A stretch of 50,476 bases of DNA from a virus. Its lineage: Duplodnaviria > Caudoviricetes. Under the pieces are notes generated by a model that worked only from the letters and a program-made list of their open reading frames with translations, was not told the DNA's origin and made no database searches. A program made the position numbers and the translations under genes. Each line of letters starts with the position of its first letter. Within the stretch, counting starts at the first letter, position 1. Of this stretch, positions 27,914-36,898 are shown in pieces. Location: the IMG/VR virus record IMGVR_UViG_3300003635_000005, positions 1 through 50,476 of that record; one strand, given 5' to 3'.

Positions 27914-29265
27914 ATGCAAGCGAAAGACGCAATTGACGCCATAGAGGACGGCAACGAGACGGTCAAGGAGATTGCCGAGTATCTTGACCTCCACAAAAAC
28001 AACGTGGGCAAGCAACTCAAGCGCATAGCGGAGGATCCGGGCAACCCCGTGGACCGGGAGCCGGAGGGCCGTGGTCATCGGTATTACCTCAACGAGGATC
28101 TCACCAGCGGAGACGCCGCCGAGGCAACGCCGGTTGCTGGTGGCCGAGACTATGATTGGGAGGAGTATCTCCCGGACCCCAACCGCGTGCCCGCATATGA
28201 GCCGTTTAGGGACGAGTGGGACGGTATCAATGACGAGATTGACTTTGTGCAAGAGTGGTTGGAGGACCACCCGGACCCCGAGAGTTGGGAGGACGCCGCA
28301 TGGGAGCCGCGGCTCCCGCACTTCAAATTGGAGGGGCCAACCGGGAGCGCAAAGACCACGCTTTTCAAATCGCTGGCGTTGGAGCGTGGGTGGCCCGTCT
28401 TTACCCTACAAGTGGCCTATCAAATGGACAAGTCCGACATTGTGGGGAGTGCCCGGCTCCGTGCTGGTGAGACCGTATGGCAAGACGAGGTGCTTGTCAA
28501 AACCGGCCCGTGGTCCTAATCGTTGACGAGGCCAACCGTGCGCCGCCGAGAGCAAAGAGTGCGCTCTTTGAGTCTCTTGACTTTCGGTGCGCCATTGAGT
28601 TGAAGGGACGAGGCGGTGAGGTGATTGAGGGCAACCCCTTCAACCTCATAGTTGGTGCCACTATCAACAAGGGGCCGGGATACCACGTTGAGCCGATTGA
28701 CAAGGCCGAAAAACGCCGATACGGCAACACGTGGGAGGTTGGATACCTCGGCATGGCTCCCGAAAACGAGGACGGCGTGAGTGGCAAGGAGCGTGAGGCG
28801 GATCTCATTGCCAGCAAGTCACCGGCCAGCAAGCGCCTCGCGGAGTTAATGGTTGAGGCGGCCAACGACGTCCGTGAGCGGGCCGAGGACCCCACGAGTG
28901 ACGTGCGGAGTGGCCTCCCGGTGGACTATACAATCTCGTGGGCACAAACGGCGGCGGCACGCCACCACGCGGGCCGTGATAATCCCGTCATCAAGGCCGG
29001 GCAAGCCGCGGTCATTGACTCATACTATGACGAGAGACAAGAGGAGGCCGACGAGGTGTTTAGCGTGCTCACCTCGCACCTTGACGGCGTGCCGTTTGAG
29101 CGTGACGAGTTGAGCGAGTGGGCCGGCGGAGCCGAGGAGAGAGTCACGTGCATGAATTGCGATTATACGGACAGCGTGGACGAGGCCGAGAGTCAAGGCG
29201 TGCTTGATTGGATGGAGTGCCCGGAGTGCAACCATGACGTTAAGCGAGTGGGTGGAGGTGAGTAA
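27914..29265 (+). CDS. MoxR/CbbQ-type AAA+ ATPase with N-terminal wHTH and C-terminal zinc ribbon; frame broken at ~28500
   Basis: Walker A GPTGSAKT in 27914-28519; Walker B VLIVDEANRA, ATIN and D.A..RR in the -1 frame to 29265. Confidence 0.85.
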
Positions 29266-29744
29266 TGCCATACACCTATCACAAGGACCCACGGGAGCGC
29301 CACGGCACCCAACGCCACGTTTACCTCGGCGTGGATCTTGAGGCGGACCAAACGAGGACGTGGCCGTGCGCTTGCGGCAACAAGAAGGTCCTCACTATCG
29401 GCCTCGCTCACGTCACCGACGTGGCGGACGTGGAGGGCATGAGCGAGTGGCTTGAGCGGAGCGAGGTCAACAACCATTGCGCCGCAAAGGCCCGCCAGCA
29501 ACTCGGCCTTGCACCAGCACTCACCGAGGTGGACGGCGTGACGTTGAGCAAGTCCCTATACCTCAAGGAGGCCGGCATTGAGACGTGGTGGGATCTCGTC
29601 AACACCAGCGAGGGAGAGTTGGCCATGGTGGAGGGCATTGACAAGGAGTTGGCCGCACGTATCAAGACGGACGTGGGTGGCCACCGTGAGAGCGAGGCCG
29701 TGGCTTACAACGAGCGGCTCACCTCGTGGGGTGGAGGCCGGTGA
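29265..29744 (+). CDS. Helix-hairpin-helix protein
   Basis: LTEVDGV.....L.EAGI.T..DL......L..VEGI....A.RI. Confidence 0.7.
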   Translation: MPYTYHKDPRERHGTQRHVYLGVDLEADQTRTWPCACGNKKVLTIGLAHVTDVADVEGMSEWLERSEVNNHCAAKARQQLGLAPALTEVDGVTLSKSLYLKEAGIETWWDLVNTSEGELAMVEGIDKELAARIKTDVGGHRESEAVAYNERLTSWGGGR

Positions 29745-30211
29745 TATTCACCTCGCACCCGGACCTCACCGAGGAGGTCCACCTATGGCTTGATGACATG
29801 GCGGAGCAAGTCGCTGGAGATCTTGACGAGGACGGCACGCCGGAGAGCCGGACCTTTGAGCCAACCACCTCCGCCATGTGTGGTGAGGAGCCGGACCTCC
29901 ACGGCGGCTCCCTCACGCCAGCAAGCGAGACGTGGGCCAGCAACGTCATGGATCTCCTCGGCACCACCGGAGTGTGTGAGGAGTGCCGGACTCGCGTGGC
30001 CCTCTATTACGATATGGCCGACGAGGTGACGCTTGACGCCACCAGCGACGGGGTGCCGGTTTGCCCGGAGTGTGAGAGCATATACCGGACGGCCACCCTC
30101 CGCCGAGTCTATACGGACACCGTGGACGGCTCCACGGAGGCCATAGCCACCCGCCACCACGGTTGTGACGAGTGCGGCCACGAGTGGGAGACGGACGTGG
30201 TGATTGAGTGA
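29741..30211 (+). CDS. Zinc-finger protein
   Basis: GTGA overlap; CEEC, CPEC, CDECGH.W. Confidence 0.6.
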   Translation: MIFTSHPDLTEEVHLWLDDMAEQVAGDLDEDGTPESRTFEPTTSAMCGEEPDLHGGSLTPASETWASNVMDLLGTTGVCEECRTRVALYYDMADEVTLDATSDGVPVCPECESIYRTATLRRVYTDTVDGSTEAIATRHHGCDECGHEWETDVVIE

Positions 30212-30777
30212 CTATGGTAATGCTCAATACGGACATAGGTGAGGACGAGGACCACGATAAGGTGCACCTCTTTCTCTCCCACAAGACGGAGGACAATCTC
30301 TTGCCGGTGGCGTTGTGTGGAGATATGAGCATGGGTCACTTTCACCTTGAGCCGGCCAGCGAGGCCGTGCAAGTCCTCCCCGTGCCAACCGAAAAGGCAC
30401 GCAAGGGCTTGTGGGCCTCCCTCCGGCACCTTCAAGAGGAGTATCTCCTTTGTGAGGAGTGCACCAGCGAGTATCTTGACGCCACGAGGGAGCCACCGCA
30501 AGAGCACGAGGTGGACGTGGATCCGGTCACGGACGGCGGCGGCAACTTTTGGTGGGCCGCCAAACCCGGCGAGTTGCACATTTGGACGAGGGAGCCGCAC
30601 GTTGACACTCCCGCCTTGTGTGGAGAGTGGGCACGGGAGTGGGACACCAACCCGCTGGCGGAGCACCCTATGGTCAAGGACGGCACTAAGGAGACGTTGG
30701 AGGAGTTTATCCGCCTCGTTGCTGTTTGTGACGAGTGCCGTGAGACCGCACGAGAGCGGTATGGTTTCACCGCATGA
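30208..30777 (+). CDS. Protein with duplicated H..ALCG..C.EC zinc-binding module
   Basis: Two internal repeats separated by TDGG. Confidence 0.65.
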   Translation: MTMVMLNTDIGEDEDHDKVHLFLSHKTEDNLLPVALCGDMSMGHFHLEPASEAVQVLPVPTEKARKGLWASLRHLQEEYLLCEECTSEYLDATREPPQEHEVDVDPVTDGGGNFWWAAKPGELHIWTREPHVDTPALCGEWAREWDTNPLAEHPMVKDGTKETLEEFIRLVAVCDECRETARERYGFTA

Positions 30778-31020
30778 GTCTCCAATAATCTCCACCCGTC
30801 TCCAATTAGTCGTTGGATACCGTCTCTCTCTCTCCAATCTCTCGTGAGTAAGGAGGTCATACCCCCGGCAACCAAACCATAATCGCAAGACGTGGCGGCC
30901 CTCACGTGAGGTAAGGCAACGCCTCGTCAAGGGGCCGAGTCTCTCTATACTACTACTACTAACTAATAAAGTAGTAAGTAAGTAAGTAAGTAAGCCAAAT
31001 CTTAGAAAGAGTTTTATCAC
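30778..31020. other. Putative replication origin (AT-rich, iterated motifs)
   Basis: Non-coding; TCTCCAAT x3, palindrome CCTCACGTGAGG, (TAC)4, (TAAG)5. Confidence 0.5.
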
Positions 31021-31044
31021 GGGAGCCGAGATAGGGAGTTGTTA

Positions 31045-31779
31045 ATGTCCGACAAAACCACAATCAATCACGAGGTGGACGCCGCCACGTATGAGCGTTT
31101 CAAGGACCTCATACGGCAAAAGCACGGATCCACGCATGGCCGAGTGGCCGAGACAATCACCGAGGCGCTTGACCTATGGGTTGAGGCCCACGAAAACGGT
31201 GATTTGGACCTCCTCAACGAGGATAGCGCCGTGCTGGCCAAACTCGGCAACATAGAGGCCCGCCTTGATTCATTGGAGACGTTGGAGAGAGAGAGACAAT
31301 CTCCAACGGGTGCCGAGGCGGCCAGCGTGGGCACCGAGACGGAGCAAAAGTTGGAGCGTATGGTCAAGAATCTCCCGGACGAGGCTCAAGTGAGCGAGAC
31401 CGTGGTGGAGGCCGTCATTGAGGACGAGGGCCTATCAAGTTACAAGACGCTCAAGAAATACAAGCGGCTCATGCAACGCCGTGGCCACGTCATTGAGCAC
31501 CCGGACGAGAGTGCCACGTATTTCACCGGCGCACGCAAGTTTGCAATTTGGGCCGAGTCCTCGCCGGACGTAACGCCAAAGCGAGTGGATTATCTCGTGG
31601 GCCAGCACGAGGAGGTCCTCGGTGAGGGTTGGTATGCCGAGGCGCTCCCGTCCGACTTTCGCACGGACAAGGAGGCATGGCTCAACACAAAGTATGCTCA
31701 AGCCGTCAACGGTGGCGGGCAAGAGTTAGTGGATCTCCACGTTGAGGGAGAGCGAGGCGGCCAGCGGCACTATCAGTAA
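31045..31779 (+). CDS. N-terminal ribbon-helix-helix protein, possible replication/copy-control factor
   Basis: TTINHEVD...YERFK.......G.V.ETI.EAL..W; adjacent to the AT-rich region. Confidence 0.55.
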   Translation: MSDKTTINHEVDAATYERFKDLIRQKHGSTHGRVAETITEALDLWVEAHENGDLDLLNEDSAVLAKLGNIEARLDSLETLERERQSPTGAEAASVGTETEQKLERMVKNLPDEAQVSETVVEAVIEDEGLSSYKTLKKYKRLMQRRGHVIEHPDESATYFTGARKFAIWAESSPDVTPKRVDYLVGQHEEVLGEGWYAEALPSDFRTDKEAWLNTKYAQAVNGGGQELVDLHVEGERGGQRHYQ

Positions 31780-31799
31780 GCCGCTCACGCCTCACGGCC

Positions 31800-31847
31800 T
31801 ATCTCACCCGGCAAACTTCTTAAGACCCTATCCCAAATGGTGAGATA
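31800..31847 (+). promoter_or_regulatory. Promoter bracketed by inverted TATCTCACC / GGTGAGATA
   Basis: Perfect 9-bp inverted pair flanking CTTAAG. Confidence 0.7.
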
Positions 31848-31850
31848 CGT

Positions 31851-32243
31851 ATGCCAGCAACAACCAGCAATGAGGGTTGGGAGCCAACCGAGGCCCGCAC
31901 TATCCGGGCACGGAGCGAGACCAACCGCATAATTACTTTCACGCCGTCCACGCTTGAGGAGAGCGGGATTGCCGTGGGACTTGACATGGCAATCTATGCC
32001 CGCGAGGGAGAGATCCGCCTATACCCGTGGAGTGAGCCAATCCCCGAGGCCGTGGCCGAGTCCGACTTTCGGCCATGCGGCGTGCGGGAGGTCCATACCT
32101 CGGGCACCTCAACGGTTATCACGCTCACCGAGACGGCTCTCGGCGTGGCCGGCGTGACCAAAGGAGTGCGTATGCAACAATGGAGTGGTGACGAGGCGCT
32201 CCGTCTCACCACCGAGGGTCCCAATTTGGAGGTGGCCGCATGA
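31851..32243 (+). CDS. Tandem AbrB/SpoVT-like DNA-binding protein
   Basis: Two R.I.......IT.T...L...GI..G..M......IRL repeats. Confidence 0.6.
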   Translation: MPATTSNEGWEPTEARTIRARSETNRIITFTPSTLEESGIAVGLDMAIYAREGEIRLYPWSEPIPEAVAESDFRPCGVREVHTSGTSTVITLTETALGVAGVTKGVRMQQWSGDEALRLTTEGPNLEVAA

Positions 32244-32359
32244 CGCTCCACCGGAGGCCTTTCCACGAGCGGGCAACCCGCAAACTCGCGTGGGTCTTTA
32301 CCGCCGAGGTGCTCCTCCTCGGGTATCTCATGGTGGCGCACGCCGGAGGTGCGCTATGA
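32240..32359 (+). CDS. Hydrophobic microprotein (39 aa)
   Basis: ATGA overlaps at both ends; GGAGGTG SD. Confidence 0.5.
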   Translation: MTLHRRPFHERATRKLAWVFTAEVLLLGYLMVAHAGGAL

Positions 32360-32832
32360 CTCGCAAGACCGAGGAGATCCTCGCGGATCTCGGCCTCGGT
32401 GACGAGGTAAAGCCGGCGGACATTGGCGTGATTTGGAAAGACCTCACGCCGTCCGACTTCCCCGAGGCGTGGCGTGAGGTGGAGGACGAGGAGGGTATGG
32501 GCTTTGCCACCCTCGTGGAGGTCATGGCCGAGGACCTTGCGGACCACGAGTGGGAGCGGATCCGTGCGGCCATGCGTGAGAGCATGGACACCAGCAACGT
32601 GGAGGTCCTCCTCACCAACTACAAGGGGCACCGCCGCACGGTCAAGGGTGTCACGAGCGTCAACCTCGTGGGTGCCGAGGCCGACGAGGAGGAGGACGAG
32701 GACGTGCCGCTCCTCCCCAACCTCGCGGGCCGAGACGCCGCACGGTATCCCATGGTTGTCCTCAACAAGGTGGACGGACGGGCCTCTTTCCGCCTTGACG
32801 AGGTTGTGGGTTGGGAGGAGACCCATGAGTGA
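32356..32832 (+). CDS. Hypothetical protein
   Basis: GGAGGTG SD; acidic. Confidence 0.65.
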   Translation: MTRKTEEILADLGLGDEVKPADIGVIWKDLTPSDFPEAWREVEDEEGMGFATLVEVMAEDLADHEWERIRAAMRESMDTSNVEVLLTNYKGHRRTVKGVTSVNLVGAEADEEEDEDVPLLPNLAGRDAARYPMVVLNKVDGRASFRLDEVVGWEETHE

Positions 32833-33148
32833 CGCCGACGAGGAGCCGGAGGAGTTTGTGGTCCTCCAACTCCCCGAGTCTTACACCAGCGAGGAGGTGG
32901 CGGAGATTGCGGACCACGTGGAGGAGGGCCTCCCCGATGACCACGCAAGCCTCGTCATCGGTGACGGTATCAAGACGCTCTCCCGCGAGGAGTTGGTCAA
33001 CGTCCTTGAGGACACCGTGGCCTCCGTCAAGGGAGAGCACCGCCTCGCTGGTGCGGAGCCGGCGGAGCAACCAGCGGATCCGCCGTGGGAGGACGAGGAC
33101 GTGGAGCAATTCAAGGAGGACATGGACGAGGGCATGGAGGACGCATGA
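32825..33148 (+). CDS. Hypothetical acidic protein
   Basis: Overlapping start with SD. Confidence 0.65.
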   Translation: MSDADEEPEEFVVLQLPESYTSEEVAEIADHVEEGLPDDHASLVIGDGIKTLSREELVNVLEDTVASVKGEHRLAGAEPAEQPADPPWEDEDVEQFKEDMDEGMEDA

Positions 33149-33372
33149 GCCGTCCGCAAGTGTATAGGGACGTGGATCTCCCGGACAAGTGGGACGAGTG
33201 GCCCGAGTCCGCTAAGGTCAACTATCTCTCCTCCGCCATGGACCGTGACAACCTCCTCCGCCTCGTTGGTGAGGCGGGCAACGTGCCCGAGGACGAGATT
33301 GGAGCGCAATCAATCCACAAGGCCGGCCTCGCTCAACTAATTGTGACGCTCACGGGTGATGACGGTGAGTGA
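33145..33372 (+). CDS. Hypothetical protein
   Basis: ATGA overlap. Confidence 0.6.
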   Translation: MSRPQVYRDVDLPDKWDEWPESAKVNYLSSAMDRDNLLRLVGEAGNVPEDEIGAQSIHKAGLAQLIVTLTGDDGE

Positions 33373-33604
33373 CCGAGAGATAACGCCGCTCACGGCCACC
33401 GATGACTCGGTGACGCTTTCCGACGAGGACTTTCTCCACCTCATGCGGCTCAAGGAGAGCCTCACGCCAGCGGACGAGGCTCCCGGACGGTGGGACGAGG
33501 AGAGCACGTTTAGGGTCATCAACGGTGAGGTGTATGAGGTGCTCCATGACTCGCGTGGGCACCCATACCTCAAGCAACGCGGGGTGCTGGTGGACCATGA
33601 GTGA
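33356..33604 (+). CDS. Hypothetical protein (start uncertain)
   Basis: Fills the operon; acidic. Confidence 0.55.
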   Translation: MMTVSDREITPLTATDDSVTLSDEDFLHLMRLKESLTPADEAPGRWDEESTFRVINGEVYEVLHDSRGHPYLKQRGVLVDHE

Positions 33605-33998
33605 CGGTGAGGACGTGCGTGGTCCGTGGCCCGAGGCCGTGGACGCCGCCGCCGAGGATCTCCGTGACATGGACGAGGCCGAGGAGTTGGACCGCGTGGA
33701 CCACCACCTCCGGTCCTATGAGATCTCCCACGCCAATCACCGAGTCAACCGGGCCGGCGGCAACCTCAATTTGGATAGTGAGGAGCCGCACGCCGAGGCC
33801 AGCGTGACGCTTTCGGTGGACCACGAGCGGCTCAACGATATGCCGCCGGTGAGCCTCCACGTCAAGACCACGGACAAGGGACTCAACGAGGGCCTCACGG
33901 TGGCGGACATGACCGTGGAGGAGTTGGAGGATCTCCACGAGCGCATGGGTGAGGCACTTGAGGCCGCCAAAGACGGAGCAAGATACTATGAGCGATAA
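33597..33998 (+). CDS. Hypothetical protein
   Basis: Overlapping start; acidic. Confidence 0.65.
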   Translation: MSDGEDVRGPWPEAVDAAAEDLRDMDEAEELDRVDHHLRSYEISHANHRVNRAGGNLNLDSEEPHAEASVTLSVDHERLNDMPPVSLHVKTTDKGLNEGLTVADMTVEELEDLHERMGEALEAAKDGARYYER

Positions 33999-34311
33999 GG
34001 ACACCAGCAACGAGACGGACGAGGAGGAGAGCACCGAGGTCCGAGACCTCGCGGAGTATCATTGCGTCCTCGGCGTGCAAGAGCGTGCGTATCCGCGTGC
34101 CGGGCAAGTCACCGAGGCCGTCTTTGACATGGACGTGCTTGAGGAGTGGGTATATCGGGAGTTGTTGGACGTGATTGAGGCCGAGGGATACGAATTTGTG
34201 GCCTTTGCGTCCACCACCGAGGAGGACGTGGCCAGCATGGGCCTCCCCGAGGACGCCGTGGGCAACCCCAAAGGAGCGTGGACATACCGTGGCACCGGAG
34301 GTGGTGAGTGA
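33988..34311 (+). CDS. Hypothetical protein
   Basis: Overlapping start; acidic. Confidence 0.65.
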   Translation: MSDKDTSNETDEEESTEVRDLAEYHCVLGVQERAYPRAGQVTEAVFDMDVLEEWVYRELLDVIEAEGYEFVAFASTTEEDVASMGLPEDAVGNPKGAWTYRGTGGGE

Positions 34312-34844
34312 TGGATCTCTCCGCACTCCCACCACTCGTCATGCTGGTGCCCGCCGTTGCCGCCGGCCTACTCGGGTATGGACTCGGCAAACTCCGGGGA
34401 TTCAACGAGGGAGTGGTCCACGGACGGGCCTCACAAGGAGCGGTCAACCGGATTGCCGAGGAGTTTGATTATGTGCTTGAGGAGCCGGGTGTCATCATGG
34501 TGGACGGTGAGGAGTTTGTCAAGGCCCTCATGCAAGCACAAATCAAGGCCGAGGCGGAGCGCAAGGACGGTATCACCGTTTACCACGCCGAGAGCCACCG
34601 CAAGGGCCGCATGGCCGCTCTCCTTGACGCCGTTTGCAAGCGGTTTATGAATAGCAAGCCCACGCAAATCACGTTTGCCAACGTGGTGAGCGAGTGGACG
34701 GAGGGCCGAGATCTCCGCAACGTCCTCAAGGGATTTGAGGAGGAGACTCGGGTGGCCGAGGAGGGGCCGCACGAGGGAGACAAGTATCAAGTCCTCGTTG
34801 GCACGTGGGAGCCGGAGCAACGCCACCTTGAGGTGGACGTATGA
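34308..34844 (+). CDS. Membrane-anchored hypothetical protein
   Basis: N-terminal hydrophobic helix. Confidence 0.65.
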   Translation: MMDLSALPPLVMLVPAVAAGLLGYGLGKLRGFNEGVVHGRASQGAVNRIAEEFDYVLEEPGVIMVDGEEFVKALMQAQIKAEAERKDGITVYHAESHRKGRMAALLDAVCKRFMNSKPTQITFANVVSEWTEGRDLRNVLKGFEEETRVAEEGPHEGDKYQVLVGTWEPEQRHLEVDV

Positions 34845-34996
34845 CGCCGGAGGCAATCGGCGTGGCTTTCATCGGCACGTTGTGGGTGGTCTCCATGGCC
34901 GTCCTCGGCGTGCTGGTGCTCCGCGGTGAGGCTCCGTGGCAAGAGCGTGCCCGCGTGGCCGAGACCCCGGACGAGGATCCACGGAGGTCACGGTGA
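34841..34996 (+). CDS. Small membrane protein (51 aa)
   Basis: ATGA overlap; one TM helix. Confidence 0.55.
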   Translation: MTPEAIGVAFIGTLWVVSMAVLGVLVLRGEAPWQERARVAETPDEDPRRSR

Positions 34997-34999
34997 GCC

Positions 35000-35212
35000 A
35001 TGTCTCGCAAGTGCCTCAATTGCGGTGCTCAAGTCACCACGCAATACGCACGAGTGTTTTCTCTTGAGGGTGAGGATGACGTGCGAGTGTGCCCGGATTG
35101 CCCGGACAAGATCCGCGGCAAGGGTGGCAAGCCTCGTGACGCACGGAGCACGCGGCGGACGGACACCAGCGAGGACGTGGACCACTCCCGCGAGACAAGC
35201 AAGAGTCTTTAA
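35000..35212 (+). CDS. Small haloarchaeal-type zinc-finger protein
   Basis: C.NCG..VT..YARVF.......VCPDC. Confidence 0.75.
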   Translation: MSRKCLNCGAQVTTQYARVFSLEGEDDVRVCPDCPDKIRGKGGKPRDARSTRRTDTSEDVDHSRETSKSL

Positions 35213-35237
35213 CCCCGGCGTGAGTGCTCACGAGCGC

Positions 35238-35310
35238 ACTCCCGTGGTGTAGTGGCCAATCATACGTGCCTTTGGAGCACGTGACCCCGATTCAAATTCG
35301 GGCGGGAGGA
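35238..35310 (+). tRNA. tRNA-Gln(UUG) with non-canonical T-arm
   Basis: 73-nt cloverleaf: CTCCCG/CGGGAG acceptor, CGTGC-CTTTGGA-GCACG anticodon arm (TTG 35272-35274), CCCGA-TTCAAAT-TCGGG T-arm; TTTAAC box at 35208. Confidence 0.9.
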
Positions 35311-35424
35311 CTTTAGCACTCTCCGCCGTTTATACAAAGCCCTTGAAAGCGTGGAGCACCTCGCTCGTGCCCGCTCGTGCCGTCTCGCTTAGTTGCTCCG
35401 GTGTCCTTAGCACTATCACGCACG

Positions 35425-35495
35425 TATCTCACCGTCCGGTATCTTTATGGTCTCCCCTACTCAAGGAGTAGTATGGTGAGCCAAACCATGTCCGA
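35425..35495 (+). repeat. Cassette promoter/leader repeat, copy 3
   Basis: 61 bp identical to copy 2. Confidence 0.95.
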
Positions 35496-36546
35496 TGACC
35501 GCACCGCCGACGAGATCCGTGCCGACGTGCTCCGTGCCGCACGCAACGCACTCAAGAATCACTCAAGTGACGCCACCAGCGGAGCGAGTTACAACAAGCG
35601 CCGTGCCGCGGAGAAAGCGTTTGACGCCGCCATGGCCGCACTCCGGCCCGTGCCCGTGGACGAGAGACCGGACGGCCTCGTGGAGTGCGTTGACCAACTC
35701 ACGAGTCTTGCCCGCCACGAGAGCCGGAGCAAGGCCGAGGAGGCCCTCACGGACGCCGTGGCCGAGTGCCTCACGCGGAGCATGGAGGACGAGGACGGTG
35801 AGTGGGTCCACGTGGAGGACGCCGAGGATCTCTTTGAGCGTGGTGACGAGATAACCGTGCGATACCGAGAGCACTCCGGCGGAGCCGACGAGGAGCCGGG
35901 TGAGTGGGTCAAAGTCACCGGCACCGTCCGCAAGAACGTGCCGCGTGGTGCTGGTGGCCTATGGGTCACTATTGAGGAGGACACCCACCGCGAGTCATGG
36001 CGAAAACTCCACCGCGTGCCCGGCGGCACCGTCACCGGCACCCACCCATACGGCAACCGCAAGGTCCGCAAGGGCCTCCGGGCCAAAGTCCTCCTCCCCG
36101 AGGACGAGGACGAGAGCGAGGATGACGAGGACGCCAGCGAGGAGGAGCACAAGGCCGTCACGGACGGCGGCACCGTCACCGAGGAGAGCGAGGCCATGAG
36201 CACCGTGCCCGAGTGCGTTGTGTGCCACCGGCCTCCGTGCGGACCCACCGAGGGCCTTGAGAGCGTGGACGAGTCCGCCGTGGACCCCTCCAACCGCCAC
36301 CACAACTCCAACCTCGTGGACACCAGCGAGTCACCCGAGGGCACCGTTTGGGTTTGCTCCACGTGCCGTGACGTGCTCCACGCCGAGGGGGAGACCGTGC
36401 GAGTGTGCCACCACAAACTCTCCGTCAAGGAGGAAAACCCGGACTCTTACACCCTCGCGGGTGAGGTGGCCGGTGTCCACCAGCACGTCACCGCCACCAA
36501 ACAGCACGTCCACCAGCAACTCACGGACGCCGAGGTGGATCTATGA
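35473..36546 (+). CDS. Cassette cargo protein, multi-domain (helical + SH3-like + zinc finger)
   Basis: Starts MVSQTMSD; GDEITVRY..TGTV; CVVC..CSTC. Confidence 0.75.
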   Translation: MVSQTMSDDRTADEIRADVLRAARNALKNHSSDATSGASYNKRRAAEKAFDAAMAALRPVPVDERPDGLVECVDQLTSLARHESRSKAEEALTDAVAECLTRSMEDEDGEWVHVEDAEDLFERGDEITVRYREHSGGADEEPGEWVKVTGTVRKNVPRGAGGLWVTIEEDTHRESWRKLHRVPGGTVTGTHPYGNRKVRKGLRAKVLLPEDEDESEDDEDASEEEHKAVTDGGTVTEESEAMSTVPECVVCHRPPCGPTEGLESVDESAVDPSNRHHNSNLVDTSESPEGTVWVCSTCRDVLHAEGETVRVCHHKLSVKEENPDSYTLAGEVAGVHQHVTATKQHVHQQLTDAEVDL

Positions 36547-36632
36547 GCCGCCTCGTGGCCGTCACCGCCGGCCTATACGTCCTCAACGTGGGCCTCGGCA
36601 CGGTGGCCGTCCTCCTTGCGGCACTCGCATAG
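36543..36632 (+). CDS. Hydrophobic 29-aa peptide
   Basis: ATGA overlap; MSRLVAVTAGLYVLNVGLGTVAVLLAALA. Confidence 0.45.
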   Translation: MSRLVAVTAGLYVLNVGLGTVAVLLAALA

Positions 36633-36731
36633 AGCCACCAGCACTCTCCTCCTCCCCTCCCTTTCCCCCGCACCCCCTATCCCTCCCCTCCACCTCACGG
36701 GCCACCACCACGCCGCCAGCGGCCCGCACGT

Positions 36732-36768
36732 GGGGTTATACACCCGCTTGAGACGGGGTTATACACCC
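36732..36768. repeat. Direct repeat GGGGTTATACACCC x2
   Basis: 36732-36745 and 36755-36768, 23-bp period. Confidence 0.85.
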
Positions 36769-36898
36769 ACCCTTGAGCCGCCTCTATAACCGGGCCTCGT
36801 CAAGGCCGGGCCTCGCACGCACGCGCAATTAGCGGGCCACCTCGGCCAGCGGGCAACCTCTTTACCCTCGCGTTATCAAGGGTTATGCAAGAGCACCC

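Noticed and set aside
35238-35310. tRNA as a provirus integration site
   Set aside because: No duplicated 3' tRNA fragment or integrase seen; the contig is circular and entirely viral.
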